A stretch of 64,000 bases of DNA from Octopus sinensis (Eukaryota). Below the pieces are notes generated by a model. The model was not told the origin of the DNA and did not search any database. It saw only the letters and a list, made by a program, of their open reading frames with translations. The position numbers and the translations under genes were made by a program. Below, one piece after another: positions 1-12,800 of this stretch (its first letter is position 1; the number at the start of each line of letters is the position of its first letter). The stretch covers positions 2,356,001 to 2,420,000 of the forward strand of contig NC_042999.1 of the NCBI RefSeq assembly GCF_006345805.1, written 5' to 3'.

Positions 1-2177
1 CTACTCAAGGTACAAAGCCCAAAATGTTTGGTGAGGAGACCAGTCAATTAGATCGACCCCAGTACCAAATGGTACTTAATTTATCGACCTTAAAAGGATG
101 AAAGGCATTGTCGTCCTCAGCAGAATTTGAACTCAGAACGTAACGGCAGACAAAATACCGCTAAGCATTTCACTCAGCGTGCTAACGTTTCTGCCAACTT
201 GCCGCCTTTCAGACCCAGCAAAATATTATTGAGCTGAGGACTTCTGTGTTCATATCAAGTTATTCTTTGATCTACTGCCCTACTCAGTGTTAAAGCACAT
301 GGCCAAGTGGTTACCTTGTTAACTTCACTATTGGAAGATCACAGTTTCAATTCCTGGATGACATCATGCATTGTGTTCTTGACCAAAGCGCTTCTTTTCA
401 ATTTTGCTCCAGTCCACTTGGTTTTAAATGAATAATCTCGTACCAGACTGGTGCCACGTCCAAGGGAAACATTGTGATCTTGGTCCTTTATACACCATGG
501 AAAACCAATTAAGCAGCTCTATGACACATAGGTCTTGTGACATTAATGTCCAGGAATGTCTTACTACCCTAATCCTTTTTACTAAGAAGTGCCAAAAAAG
601 AAACACTTTTACCATTATCGTTCCAAGACATTTTAGAATATCTTTTTTATGTCAAGAAAGCATTAATTTAAATTTTCTAGTTTAAGTAATTTTGTGATTT
701 ATTATTTAACCAACTTCTCTATCCTATTCATGACTGTTTAGCTTCGTCCCGTTTTATATTTGCGATAAATAATCAATTTTCTGATTTCATAAGACACTAA
801 TATGTCTTTATGGTGAATATACCTGTTTTGAGTTATTTTCGTTTAAGTATTGAAATCTAACTACTGTCATTATTTTCTTTATGTTTCCATCTATTATTCT
901 TAATTTCATTAATTTTCAATTGAATATATAACTCTAATCAATTATTGGAAAATCTCGAAAACTCGTACAAAATTCTGATTTTCCAGAATTCAGTTTACTT
1001 TAAGTATTCATCTGCTACTCTAATAATATTCTTTCAAACACATTTCTTCCATATTTCAGTTTGTATTCTGTGTAATTAATTTATTAGTTTCCCCTTAATC
1101 TTAATTCCTTATTTTTTTGTTTCTTTATCTTAACAAGATATTGGTTTTATTTTCCTTCCCATCCTTTTTAAATGGCTTTGGTATATTTCTTTAAATCCTT
1201 TTTCATATAAATTTCCCAGCTGAATTATTGTTCTGCCATAACAAGGTGTGCATGTGTTTGTCATTCCCAGCATGCATCTCCTGATTATCCATATTACTAC
1301 ACACACAAAACAGACGAACGTCTCTTTCTTTCTCTACAGCACTTGTATCCATATTCAATCTGCTATTAGTAAATAACTCCCACACAAGCACTAAATTGAA
1401 TTTACAGTATTAAGTCAGAAATAATACAGATATGGTTTAATACCTTCTGAACCCCTTTAAGGGTGTGGATATCCACTTAGAAAGGAAAGATTTTAACAAT
1501 TGATAGATATTGTACAGTACTAGACTCAAGCCAACCAACCAGCAAAGTTGGATATGTGATATATATTATTTTTTATTTTATTTATGTGCACTTTTCAAGC
1601 CTAGCCAGGCTCATGGGCCCGGTTTCCCAGTTTCTGTGGCGTATGTGTTTCCTACAGCTGGACGGGATGCCAGTCTATCACAGCATTACTCATGAAATAG
1701 GAAGAAAGAGTGAGAGAAAGTTGGGCAAAAGAGTACAACAGGGGTCGCCACCACCCCCTGCTGAAGTCTCCTAGAGCTTTAGGTGTTTTCTCTCAATAAA
1801 TACACACAACACCCGGTCTGGTAATTGAAACCCTAATCCTCTGACTGCAAGTATGCTGCCCTGACCACTGGGCCATTGCGCATCCAGGTGTGATATATAA
1901 AGATATGTAAAAGCTTGTGAGCGTTTTCATGGGTGTAGATGTATCTTCATCTTTAAAGAGAGAGTGATTTTAACAGGTAAGAAGCATTGACTAACATTTG
2001 ATTCAAGTCAAACTAATGCTGAAACTGAGTGGCAGGAAATGAGAAAGGTCTTTGGAAATGGTTATCTGGGAAGTGTAAAGTTATGTATGTTGAGATGGCC
2101 CCTGCCTCCTAGCAGCGGTGGGTAAATAAATTGAACATACACATCAGGCCAGTAACAGAAGGCATAATAAAAGTAGT

Positions 2178-2214
<37 letters not shown>

Positions 2215-2528
2215 ATTGCCAGTACTGCCTGACTGGCCCTTGTGCCAGTGGCACATAAAAGCACGCACTACACTCTCGGAGTGGTTGGCATTAGGAAGGG
2301 CATCCAGCTGTAGAAACTCTGCCAGATCAAATTGGAGCCTGGTGCAGCCATCTGGTTCACCAGTCCTCAGTGAAATTGTCCAACCCATACTAGCATGGAA
2401 AGCAGGTGTTAAATGATGATGGGCAGGTAATGCTATGTAAGTGCTTAGGAAGGAAAGTAGTTAAAATCTCGGTTCGATAATGATACGAGTGAGGAGTCTA
2501 ATGCCGGTCTTGTAGAAGCATGCATATG

Positions 2529-2772
2529 TTAAATAAAATGAGACAACAAAGCCAAGGGTGTGTGGAATTCTCAGGACATTTATAAAGAGAAAGTTAGTCT
2601 TACAGCTGTTTCTGGGATATTAGGGATATCCTTCCACCATTTAACCATCTCACATCATTTCTGATGTCAGGATATCCCTAATATCACAGAAACTGCTGTA
2701 ATACTATCTTTCTCTTTATAAATGTCCTGAAAATTCCACTCAGCCTTGGCTTTGTTGTCTCATTTTATTTAA
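2529..2772. repeat. Fold-back with about 104-bp arms, carrying hammerhead remnants
   Basis: 2529-2632 is inverted at 2670-2772. The left arm on the minus strand reads GGATAT cccta ATATCC CA GAAA CAGCTG TA. The right arm keeps CTGATG. It ends in (CA)/(AT)n. Confidence 0.8.
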
Positions 2773-2773
2773 T

Positions 2774-2808
<35 letters not shown>

Positions 2809-2948
2809 GTAAAGTACTGACAAATGAAATTTTTATCTTCTACAAAAACTTTTATTATTTCTTAGCTCATAAATGAGTAAAAATCAGTTGTACTATATAT
2901 GGAGTATTGTCGCCATTAAAAATTCCCTTACATATATATATATATATA

Positions 2949-3360
2949 GGCGCAGGAGTGGCTGTGTGGTAAGTAGCTTGCTAACCAACCACATGGTTCC
3001 GGGTTCAGTCCCACTGCGTGGCATCTTGGGCAAGTGTCTTCTGCTATAGCCTCAGGCCGACCAAAGCCTTGTGAGTGGATTTGGTAGACGGAAACTGAAA
3101 GAAGCCTGTCGTATATATGTATATATATATATATATGTATGTATGTGTATATGTTTGTCTGTGTTTGTCCCTCTAGCATTGCTTGACAACCGATGCTGGA
3201 GTGTTTACGTCCCCGTCACTTAACAGTTAGGCAAAAGAGACTGATAGAATAAGTACTGGGCTTATAAAGAATAAGTCCCAGGGTCGATTTGCTCGACTAA
3301 AGGCAGTTCTCCAGCATGGCCGCAGTCAAATGACTGAAACAAGTAAAAGAGTAAAAGAGA
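2949..3360 (+). mobile_element. tRNA-derived SINE family A, near full length
   Basis: GGCGCAGGAGTGGCTGTGTGGTAAG…GGTTCAGTCCC…(AT/GT)n…CCAGCATGGCCGCAGTCAAATGACTGAAACAAGTAAAAGAG. Partial copies at about 20108-20265, 28578-28740(-), 33045-33195(-), 34147-34312, 39920-40137, 50640-50835(-) and 51875-52002(-). Confidence 0.9.
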
Positions 3361-4406
3361 TTTGTATTTGGGATTACAGAAAAGTGATGGTCACAGACTC
3401 TTGATTTGCTATCACCACTGTGCTATGCAGAAGCTGTGCCTGATGAGCACATGAAGATGAAGGCCTTGTCTGTGACTTCAGGGCACATACCAAAAAGCCT
3501 AATTGCTAGAGGACAACCATTTGAAGGAAAGACTTATGCTCTGAAGAGCTATTATAATCACCAAAGTTTATTATCAAGATTATCATGATCTTCAAGATTC
3601 TCACCATGGTTCTCCATCTCTCGCCCACCTCCTCATCTTTCTCTTATCATCATTGTCATCATCGATTTCTCCTTGTTACTACGGTTCGGTTCGTACACAT
3701 GTCACAAAACAAAAACAACTACACAGCATATACTCATGATATATTTAATATATTTTACGAAATACATTAACATTAAACTAGATAACATTTGGCATTCAAA
3801 CAGAAAGATGGTAAAAGTGGAGGAAAATTCAATTTAATAACTCATTTATCTAGTGTTTATAGTTATACTGAAGATAAACGAATCTTTTGTCTTAGCTATT
3901 TATCTAGAAATGAATACATATATTCTATCAATAAAGTTGTGAATGAAATTTGCTTGACATAGTATATTAAACACACAGCTTTCATTTGTAGTGTTAAGGA
4001 ATTGAATATTCGGGGGACACACTCTTTACCACGCTACATCCAACAAACAAGGATACATACATAATACAAGCAATGTGTATGCTTGTATATCATATATGCA
4101 TATGCATGCTTATATATGGATGTGTACGTGTGTAGGTAGACATTAGAAGAAATGTATATGCGTACGAACACACACAGAGATATATGTATAAGCAAATATG
4201 TGTACATAGATATATATCTGTCCATCCATCAATATATATGTATGCGTTTATATTATGAATATATATAAGTAATGTATGTATATATAAACACACATCTGTA
4301 TAGAAATATATATATATATATCATCATCATCATCATTCAACGTCCGCTTTCCATTATATATATATATATATATACATTCTTATACTTATATATGCATACA
4401 TGCATG

Positions 4407-4442
<36 letters not shown>

Positions 4443-5079
4443 TTTATACAAATATAAATATAAAAACACATATACATATACATACACATAAATATATATA
4501 TATGTGTGTGTATACACACACACACACACACACACATACACATATCTTACCTGTTGTTAATGGCCTGATGTGTATGTTCAGTTTATTTACACATCTCTGC
4601 TAGAAACATGGTGAAATCTCTAGGGAAAATTTATAGAATATGTATGTGTTTATTTTAATATATAGAGCTAGCATTATTTGTTTTCGTTCACTATTTTATA
4701 CATTATTTTATTACGTGGAAATCGAATATTTTGTAAGCAGGAAAGTTCTCATTATATTAATGAAATATTTACTTTCATAACTACTAAAATAGCCTCTTTC
4801 TGAGCTCCAATATTTGAGGTCAAATTCTGACTGCTGAGTGCTTTTCATATAAGGTTTTACCGAAAGACAGCTTATATGACGATTTACAAATTTGAAACTG
4901 ATCTTCATATCTTCTGCTTGTATTTGCTACTTTGTATATTTACTTTGTGTTAACACCATAATCTATAAAAGTAATGTGATTCTTGTACTCCCTTCTCAAA
5001 GTCTGCTGATGATAGCTTGGTTACTATGTATAATTTATTTGCATATCTCTCCTGGGAACATTTATCAATGTTCAGTATG

Positions 5080-5112
<33 letters not shown>

Positions 5113-5178
5113 ATATTATATATATATATATAGAATGTATAGGCTTATATGTATGTGCAATGTAATACATACATATTA

Positions 5179-5245
<67 letters not shown>

Positions 5246-5339
5246 TATATACACACATTTTAAATATATATGTGTATGTGCAGCTGTGGCTGTATAGGTG
5301 TAGGCGTGATGATATAGGCACAGGCGTGACTATATAGGT

Positions 5340-6040
5340 GCAGGTATGGCTGTGTGGTAAGAAGCTTGCAGAAATGAGCTGGCAAATATGTTAGCATGCC
5401 GGGCGAAATGCTTAGTGGTATTTTGTCTGCCATTATGTTCTAAGTTCAAATTCTGCCAAAGTCAACTTTGCCTTTCATCCTTTCAGGGTTGATAAATTAA
5501 GTACCAGCATGGCCATGGCCAAATGGGGTTGATGTAATCGACTTAATCCGTTTGTCTGTTCTTGTTTGTCCCCTCTATGTTTAGCCCCTTGCGGGCAATA
5601 AAGAAATAAGAAGCTCACTTCCCAACCACATGGTTCTGGGTTCAGTCCCACTGTGTGGTACCTTGGGCAAGTGTCTTCTACTACAGCTTTACACTAGCCA
5701 AAGCCGTGTGAGTAGATTTCGTGGATGGAAATTGAAAGAAGCCTGTTGTATATATATGTTTATATATGTATGTGTATGTGTGTCTGAATGTGTGTGTGTG
5801 TGTTTATGTGTATGTGTGTGTCTTTGTGTTTGTCCCCCACCATCAGCTGACAACCAATGCTGGTTTGTTTACATCCTCTGTAACTTAGTAGTTCGGCAAA
5901 AGGTCTGATAAAATAAGTACTAGGCTTACAAAGAATAAATCCTGAGGTTAATTTCTTTGACTCAAAATCCCTTTGAGATGGTGCCCCAGCATGGCTACAG
6001 TAAAAATGACTGAGACAAGTAAAAGAATAGAAGAATAAAA
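5340..6040 (+). mobile_element. SINE A interrupted by SINE B (about 5372-5608)
   Basis: A head …TAAGAAGCTTG, then the B body, then …AAAGAAATAAGAAGCTC, then A resumes at CCCAACCACATGG. Confidence 0.85.
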
Positions 6041-6342
6041 GAATATATATATATATGTGTGTGCATATGTGTGTATATGTAAATATATATTACAAGCAGT
6101 TTGTCACCCTGCTTTCATTGTGATTCTTTGTGTGCACATTTGTTTCTGTATGATAATTACTATTAATGAATGTTTATAAGAAAGTAGCCTGTATTCCATA
6201 GAATTCTCATCATGGTGATTTAACACTATAAGTATTGGTGGTAGAACATGTCAGATTTTTAAATCTTACAAAGAATATAAAAAAAAAGTCATATCATACG
6301 AGAATAGACTGGAAGTTAAAGCCCTGAAACTGAACTCTTTAA

Positions 6343-6555
6343 CCCTTTTGTTACCAACTCGGCTAAAACCAGTTCTGGCTCTGAGTACAAATGTCTTGTT
6401 TTCATAAGTTCTGAATTAAAATCTTCCACCCAACCTTAGTCACAATTTATGTTCCTAACACTAGCTTAATGATAACTAAGTTATTTTACATTTGTTATAT
6501 TTAAGATTAATTGAAAGAAACAGGGCATCTCAACAGAAATGTGGTAACAAAAGGG
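6343..6555 (+). mobile_element. piggyBac-type MITE
   Basis: TTAA|CCCTTTTGTTACC…GGTAACAAAAGGG|TTAA. Confidence 0.85.
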
Positions 6556-6579
6556 TTAAAGTCACCATGATATTTGTAA

Positions 6580-6799
6580 CTCTTTTGTAACAAACCCAGC
6601 TGAAACCAGCTCTGGCTCTGAGTACAAATATCTTGTTTTCATAAGTTTTGAATTAAAATCTTCCACCAAACTTTAGTCGCAATTTAGGTTCCTAACACTA
6701 GTTTAATGATAACTAAGTTATTTTACTAAATTCTTTGTTACATTTAAAGTAATTGAAAAAAATATAGAGTATCTCAAAATAAATACAGTAACGAAAGGG
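6580..6799 (+). mobile_element. piggyBac-type MITE, second copy in tandem
   Basis: Same internal sequence as 6343-6555 with a degenerate left TIR; right end GAAAGGG|TTAA. Confidence 0.8.
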
Positions 6800-7232
6800 T
6801 TAAATGAGAGCATGGGAACAGACTTTGCAGAAGTGAATGACTTTGAGGGACTTTCTGTTAAAGTTATTATACAGAAGGTACATATTCATATCCTGTGGTC
6901 TTTATAGAAATGAAGGGCTTGTTGTTCTTAAAAGTTTCAAATATAACATACTTATAGATCCTGATTCCTCAAATGTTTTAAAGATTTATACTGGGCAAAT
7001 ATAATGGAATCCAACTAAAGCATAATTAATTTTTTTGTACGTTGTCTTTTAATTATGTGTAAATCAATGCATTACTGCTATAAAAAGCATATAGAAAAAA
7101 AATTGTGTATATATACAAATTTTCTGACTACTTGAAAATCAAATTCTCAAAATCATCATTAAATGAAACAAATGTTTATGGAGAATCTGAAAGCTGCAAT
7201 GAAACTCTAAAAAGGAGTGGATTTAATATTCC

Positions 7233-7632
7233 CTTTACTCTTTTACTTGTTTCAGTCAGTTGACTGTGGCCATTCTGGAGCACCGCCTTTAGTCAAGCAA
7301 ATCGACCCCAGGACTTATTCTTTGTAAACCTAGTACTTATTCTATCGGTCCCTTTTGCCGAACTGCTAAGTGACGGGAGCATAAACACATCAGCATCAGT
7401 TGTCAAGCGATGTTGGGGGGACAAACACAGACACACAAACACACACATATACATATATACATATATATAACGGGCTTCTTTCAGTTTCCGTCTACCAAAT
7501 CCACTCACAAGGCTTTGGTTGGCCTGAGGCTATGGTAGAAGACACTTGCCCAAGCTGCCATGCAATGCGACTGAACCTAGAACCATGTGGTTCGTAAGCA
7601 AGCTACTTACCACACAGCCACTCCTGCACCTA
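7233..7632 (-). mobile_element. SINE A
   Basis: Reverse complement of the 2949-3360 family. Confidence 0.9.
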
Positions 7633-7992
7633 TGAATAAAGAAAATGTTAGCAAAACATCTGTAACCTCCAGCTAAACAGAGAAAATGGATAGAAGAATG
7701 ATGTAGTCTATAGATCTATGGATCATAACTCCCATAACTACATTGTTCTAAAGTTTTACTGAAGAGCTTCCCTTCTAACTAATCAATGCAATAGAAATCT
7801 AAACCAAAATGTCATTAAAATATGTTTATCAAGTACTTCCAACCTTTTACAGCCAATTTTAATAATTAACCACACTGAGTTCAGTTTCCATTAGGCAAAC
7901 CAAAGTATACTTAATTGCTATTACACTTGCATGAACTCATTCCCATTGAAATGAGAATTCCTAGATAATAAACTGATATATTGCAAACATCG

Positions 7993-8290
7993 TTGTCGTC
8001 ATCGTCATCGTTTAACGTCCGTTCTCCATGCTAGCATGGGTTGGACGGTTCGACTGGGAATCTGGGAAGCCAGAAGGCTGCACCAGGCTCCAGTCTTATC
8101 TGGCAATGTTTCTACAGCTGGATGCCCTTCCTAACGCCAACCACTCCGTGAGTATAGTGGGTGCTTTTTACATGCCACCTGCACAGGTGCCAGGCGAGGC
8201 TGGCAACGGCCACGGTCGGATTGGTGCATTTTACGTGCTACCGGCACGGAAGCCAGTCGAGGCGGCGCTGGCATCGGCCATGAGTCGGAT
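7993..8290 (-). mobile_element. SINE C / RTE-type 3' end element
   Basis: Sense strand ends …CCAACCCATGCTAGCATGGA…GGACGTTAAACGATGACGATG, a (GAT)n tail. Other copies at about 2214-2420(+), 8960-9240(-), 11055-11205(+), 12700-12900(-), 14017-14330(-), 43155-43410(-), 45428-45660(+) and 55400-55740(-). Confidence 0.85.
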
Positions 8291-8377
8291 TGTGCTTAAC
8301 TCCAACAAATCATTTTATCTCTCATATATACGAATGACTGCCGATTCCTTTAAAATCGATTTATTCAGCACAAAATT

Positions 8378-8815
8378 AATTTATAATGAGTTTTTAGTAT
8401 TTCATATAATATGCAATGTACCCAATGTCTGTAAAAAGATGGTAGTTCATTAATGTTTAAAAAATAACGTTTGTTTTGAAAATAAATTTCATAATTTCCA
8501 TGGTACAAAGCTGGCATGGTTTTTCCTTTTATTTATATTGATGATAGAGTGTGTGATAAATAAGAAACCAAATGCATCACACACATATGATTTTTAAAAA
8601 ACTAACATCCTACAAATCATATCTTGGAAAACTTTATCATACACTCTACCATCAATATAAATAAAAGGAAAAACCATGCCACCTTTGTACCACGGAAATT
8701 ATGAAATTTATTTCCAAAACAAACGTTACTTTTTAAACATTAATGAACTACCACCTTTTTACAGACATTGGGTGCATTGCATATTATATGAAATACTATA
8801 AACTCATTATAAATT
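8378..8815. repeat. Long fold-back (MITE-like), about 183-bp arms and a 72-bp spacer
   Basis: 8378-8560 is the reverse complement of 8633-8815, with scattered mismatches. Confidence 0.85.
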
Positions 8816-9379
8816 TCCTTTGTAGATAACCTTCCTCTTGCACACCTTAAATTCCTTAAATTCCTACGTATTTCATATTCAATTCCCTTTCCTGCCATCA
8901 CCTTAAGACAAGGTTTTATGTCTTATAGTCTTTATTTATAGATATCATCATTATCATCCTCAACATCGTTTAACGTCTGTTTTCTATGCTAGCATGGGTT
9001 GGACGGTTCAACTGGGGTCTGGGAAGCCAGGAGGCTGCGCCAGGCCCAGTCTGATCTGGTAGTGTTTCTACAGCTGGATGCCCTTCCTAACGCCAACCAC
9101 TCCGTGAGCGTAGTGGGTACTTTTTACATGCCATTGGCACAGGGGCCAGAGGAGGCTGGCAAATGGCCATGATCAGTTGGTACATTTTACGTGTCACCAA
9201 CACGGACGCCAGTCAGGCAGCACTGGTATCAGCCATGTTTGGATGGTGTAGCCACGTTTGGATGGTGGTTATTATTCAAATCCAGTGTTTATGTTATTTG
9301 AATATCTTTTATGTAATATGCAAACCTATCAGTGCTCCTAAGCCATCTACAAGGACTAATATCACCAAATCCCACTATC

Positions 9380-9870
9380 TCTACTGGCAACAGAATCTGC
9401 ATTAGCATGAGCCAGTTGCCTCCATAGTATTCAAACTTTGGCAGGAGCATTCAGGAAATCATGTGAAGACCTGTCATGTTGTGATGCTTTTGATCCATCT
9501 CTTAGGTTTCCCACTTCTGTTTCTCTTTCCATTAATCATAACTTCCAAACACATCTTGCTGACATCACAAATGATTCACTTCGTGTGACCAAGCAGCTTG
9601 AACACCAATTTTTTAAGACAATGCTGATTAGTTGTAAATTAGGTTATTTGTCTTTCATGGAATGATAGCTGTGAACCATGGAATCGGTTTTAGTTGGACA
9701 GCCTTTGATAAGTACAAAACTGCACATACTTCAAAACAGATCCCATACCATGTAAAATCAAGTATCTCCAACACCTATGTTTTTCCCAGTAGTTTTATAT
9801 GGACTACAAAGTGTCAGCTGGACATCTGCTGCCCTACAGAAACCGGAAGTTTTTCAGAGTAATATACTGC
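9380..9870. mobile_element. RTE-clade LINE 3' remnant in two opposite-orientation pieces
   Basis: Plus strand 9735-9865: KIKYL…FPVVLYG…W…KPEVF. Minus strand 9695-9400: IPW-like..KDKIT, LGH, MINGKRNRSGKPKRWIKSI, LWRQL. Confidence 0.65.
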
Positions 9871-12800
9871 AACTTATTACAAACACCAAACTCTCAGACT
9901 ATTTCAGAATTGAAAGGCTAACACATTCATATATCATTTTCACATATACCTACTTTTTGGTAACACATATTTCAAAATGTATATATTTCAGCATTGGTGT
10001 TAACTGCAAAAAGCCGTTTTTAAACAGATTATCACCAAGTATATATATACTCGTTTACTCACAATACAGTGAAATCCTACCAATTGCATTTGTAAAAGTA
10101 TTTGTGTAAGCATGAATGTGATTCATGTGGAAACCTGTAAAACCTTTTAGAAAATTTTCTAACGAAAATAACTACAAAGAAATATATTATTTAATTATAT
10201 GAAAGCATCAGTCTATTTAATACCATCTAACGTAATAATAATAACTTTGCTAACATAAAACGGAGATAATTATATATTCGTTTAGTTCGTAATGAAATAT
10301 TTTGGATGCACAGATGTTCTTTTATGTTTACCCAGTACACAGGTGTATTTTTCTGGTATATAAAAATGTGTTAAGATAGGTTTTACACATGCAAGTATCA
10401 TCATGTATATTAAAGAATTGAGCTTATGTAAACCTCTACATGAGTTTTACACTTAGAAACTTTAAAGTAAGTTAAATACATGAGATTTTATATACTAAAA
10501 CAATCATGAAATATTGTATTTGACTCAAATTACATCTTCCTTTCTACTCAGTATGTCTGTATGTCTGTATGTATGTATGTATGTATGTATGTATGTATGT
10601 ATGTATGTATGTATGTATGTATACAGGCACTCCAACGATGGCTTACATAATGGAAATTTCAAAGCCATGGTCAATAAAATTTTTGTTAAAGAATAATAAA
10701 TTTGTACTCTACAAAATATAGAGTAACCCATCAGATTAATGAAAATTTGTTTATTATATTACTGAACATAAAAACAAGCATAAATATGTGTGTGTATAGT
10801 AAAGACACATTGCTTAGTGGTTATGTTAAATATATGAACATCTGTGTATGCACTATGTGTTTTATATGTAGATCTTGAAGTGTGTACCCTAGTAGCCATA
10901 GCTGTGTGTTGGTGCAGCTCTCTTCCACTTCCCCAATCTCACATCCTTGATAATCTGCTCAGTCAACAGTGGGAAGGCAGGGTGCACCTGAAGCAATTAT
11001 ATGCTATCAAATCACACCCCTCTGTGAGTGTCGACTGAAGGTTTTATTTTTCAAGCGAGTGGTTGGCATTAGGAAGGGCATTCAGCTGTAGAAACTCAGC
11101 CTGATCAGATTGGTGCAGCCATCTGGCTCGCCAGTCTTCAGCCAAATCATCCAACCCATGCTAGCATGGAAAGCGGACATTAAATGATGATGATGATGAT
11201 GATGTTGAATAATATTGGTTTCAAATTTTTGTTGAAGGCCAGTAAGTTCAAGGGAGGGGAACCAGTCATTTACATCGACCCCCAGTGTTCAACTGGTACT
11301 TATTTCATCGACCCCGAAAGGAAGGAAGGCAAAGTCGACCTTGGCGGAATTTGAACTCGGAACATAAGGACAGACAAAATGCTGCTCAGCATTTTGCCAG
11401 CACTCCACCATCATGTAGAGTAAATATTACAACATTTTTCTGCCTTCTGTATTAAATAGACATACTTCTATACCTTGATACTGTGTGGAGGGAGATCTCC
11501 ATTGAAAGTCCACTGGTATGAGTAATCTTGGTCATTTAGGTTAAGACTTCTAATTTGGATGGTCATAATTATGCGGACACCTTGGTGTAGAGAGTATCAC
11601 AGCTGTATTGTTTACAGAAGATTTGACATTCAGATCATGTAGTAATGTAACAACTTTGTTCTTTCTTCTACATTATATGTGTGTGTGTGCATGCATGCGT
11701 ATGTGGTTTATATGTGTCTGTGTGGTGTATGTATATGTTTGTGTATGTGTGTGTGTATGATCAGGTTTCAAATTTTGGCACAAGGCCAGCAAGTTTGGGG
11801 GATGAAGTCTACTCAATTACATCTACCCCTGTGCTCAACTGGTACTTATTTTATCAGCCCTGAAATGATGACAGGTAAAGCTGACCTTGGTGGAACTGGA
11901 ACTCAAGACGTAAAGATTGACAAAATGTCACTGAGCATTTAGCCCAGTGGGCTAACGGTTCTGCCAGCTCACTGTCTTATCCTTTGGTATATGAAGTTAT
12001 ATTTTGTTTGCAGGTTGTATATGGGAGTTTTTGTTTTAACTTTCGATTTATTCTCTTCTGCTCAGTTTATTCTAAGCATTGCTTGTTCTTAAGATATAAA
12101 ACTTTGCAGATCTTTACTACCCATTAACAAACGATTATATTCAGAATTCTATAAAACCTTTTCCAACCACTTATGACAACACATTTAAGTAATAATTAAC
12201 ACACACAAGTAAGCACACACATACATATATTCCTTTACAAGACAGCATCTTATACAGATAGGTGCTTACCAATTCCAACTTTTAAGTAACAACTCTAATA
12301 AATTGTAGGTTCGAAGTAGCAATATAAGTAACAAAACTAAATTCTTACATAGTCCTAGTTTACTTACAATAAAATAAAATACTATTTATAGAATATTTTA
12401 TTCCCTTGCTACATTTATTTAAAAGCTTTTTCAACTCCAAAACAGAAAATTTAATTTGCTACCACAATCTAAATGTGGGCCAAAATGACTAAAGTCGTTG
12501 CACATAAATAAATCTTACCCATTTCCATAAAATTTATTGAAATTTTTTATGTGAAAATATCTATAAATTCTGTACTGTGTTCCATACATTTGCATGTAAG
12601 ATTCAAGTTGTTAAAATTGCCATCACACACAAGCCCTTTATACATACACATACACATACATATATACGTACGTACGTACATACAGACAGACAGACAAACA
12701 TATCATCATCATCATCAGCATCATCCTTTAATGTCCATTTTCTATGTTGGAATGTTTTGGATGGCTTGTCAGGAGCCAGGATCCATAGTCTGGTTCGGTT

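Noticed and set aside
8028-8453. 141-aa ORF (and similar ORFs at 2062, 13956, 19707 and 55449)
   Set aside because: They lie within the SINE C / RTE-tail repeat; the recurring peptide only reflects repeat copies.
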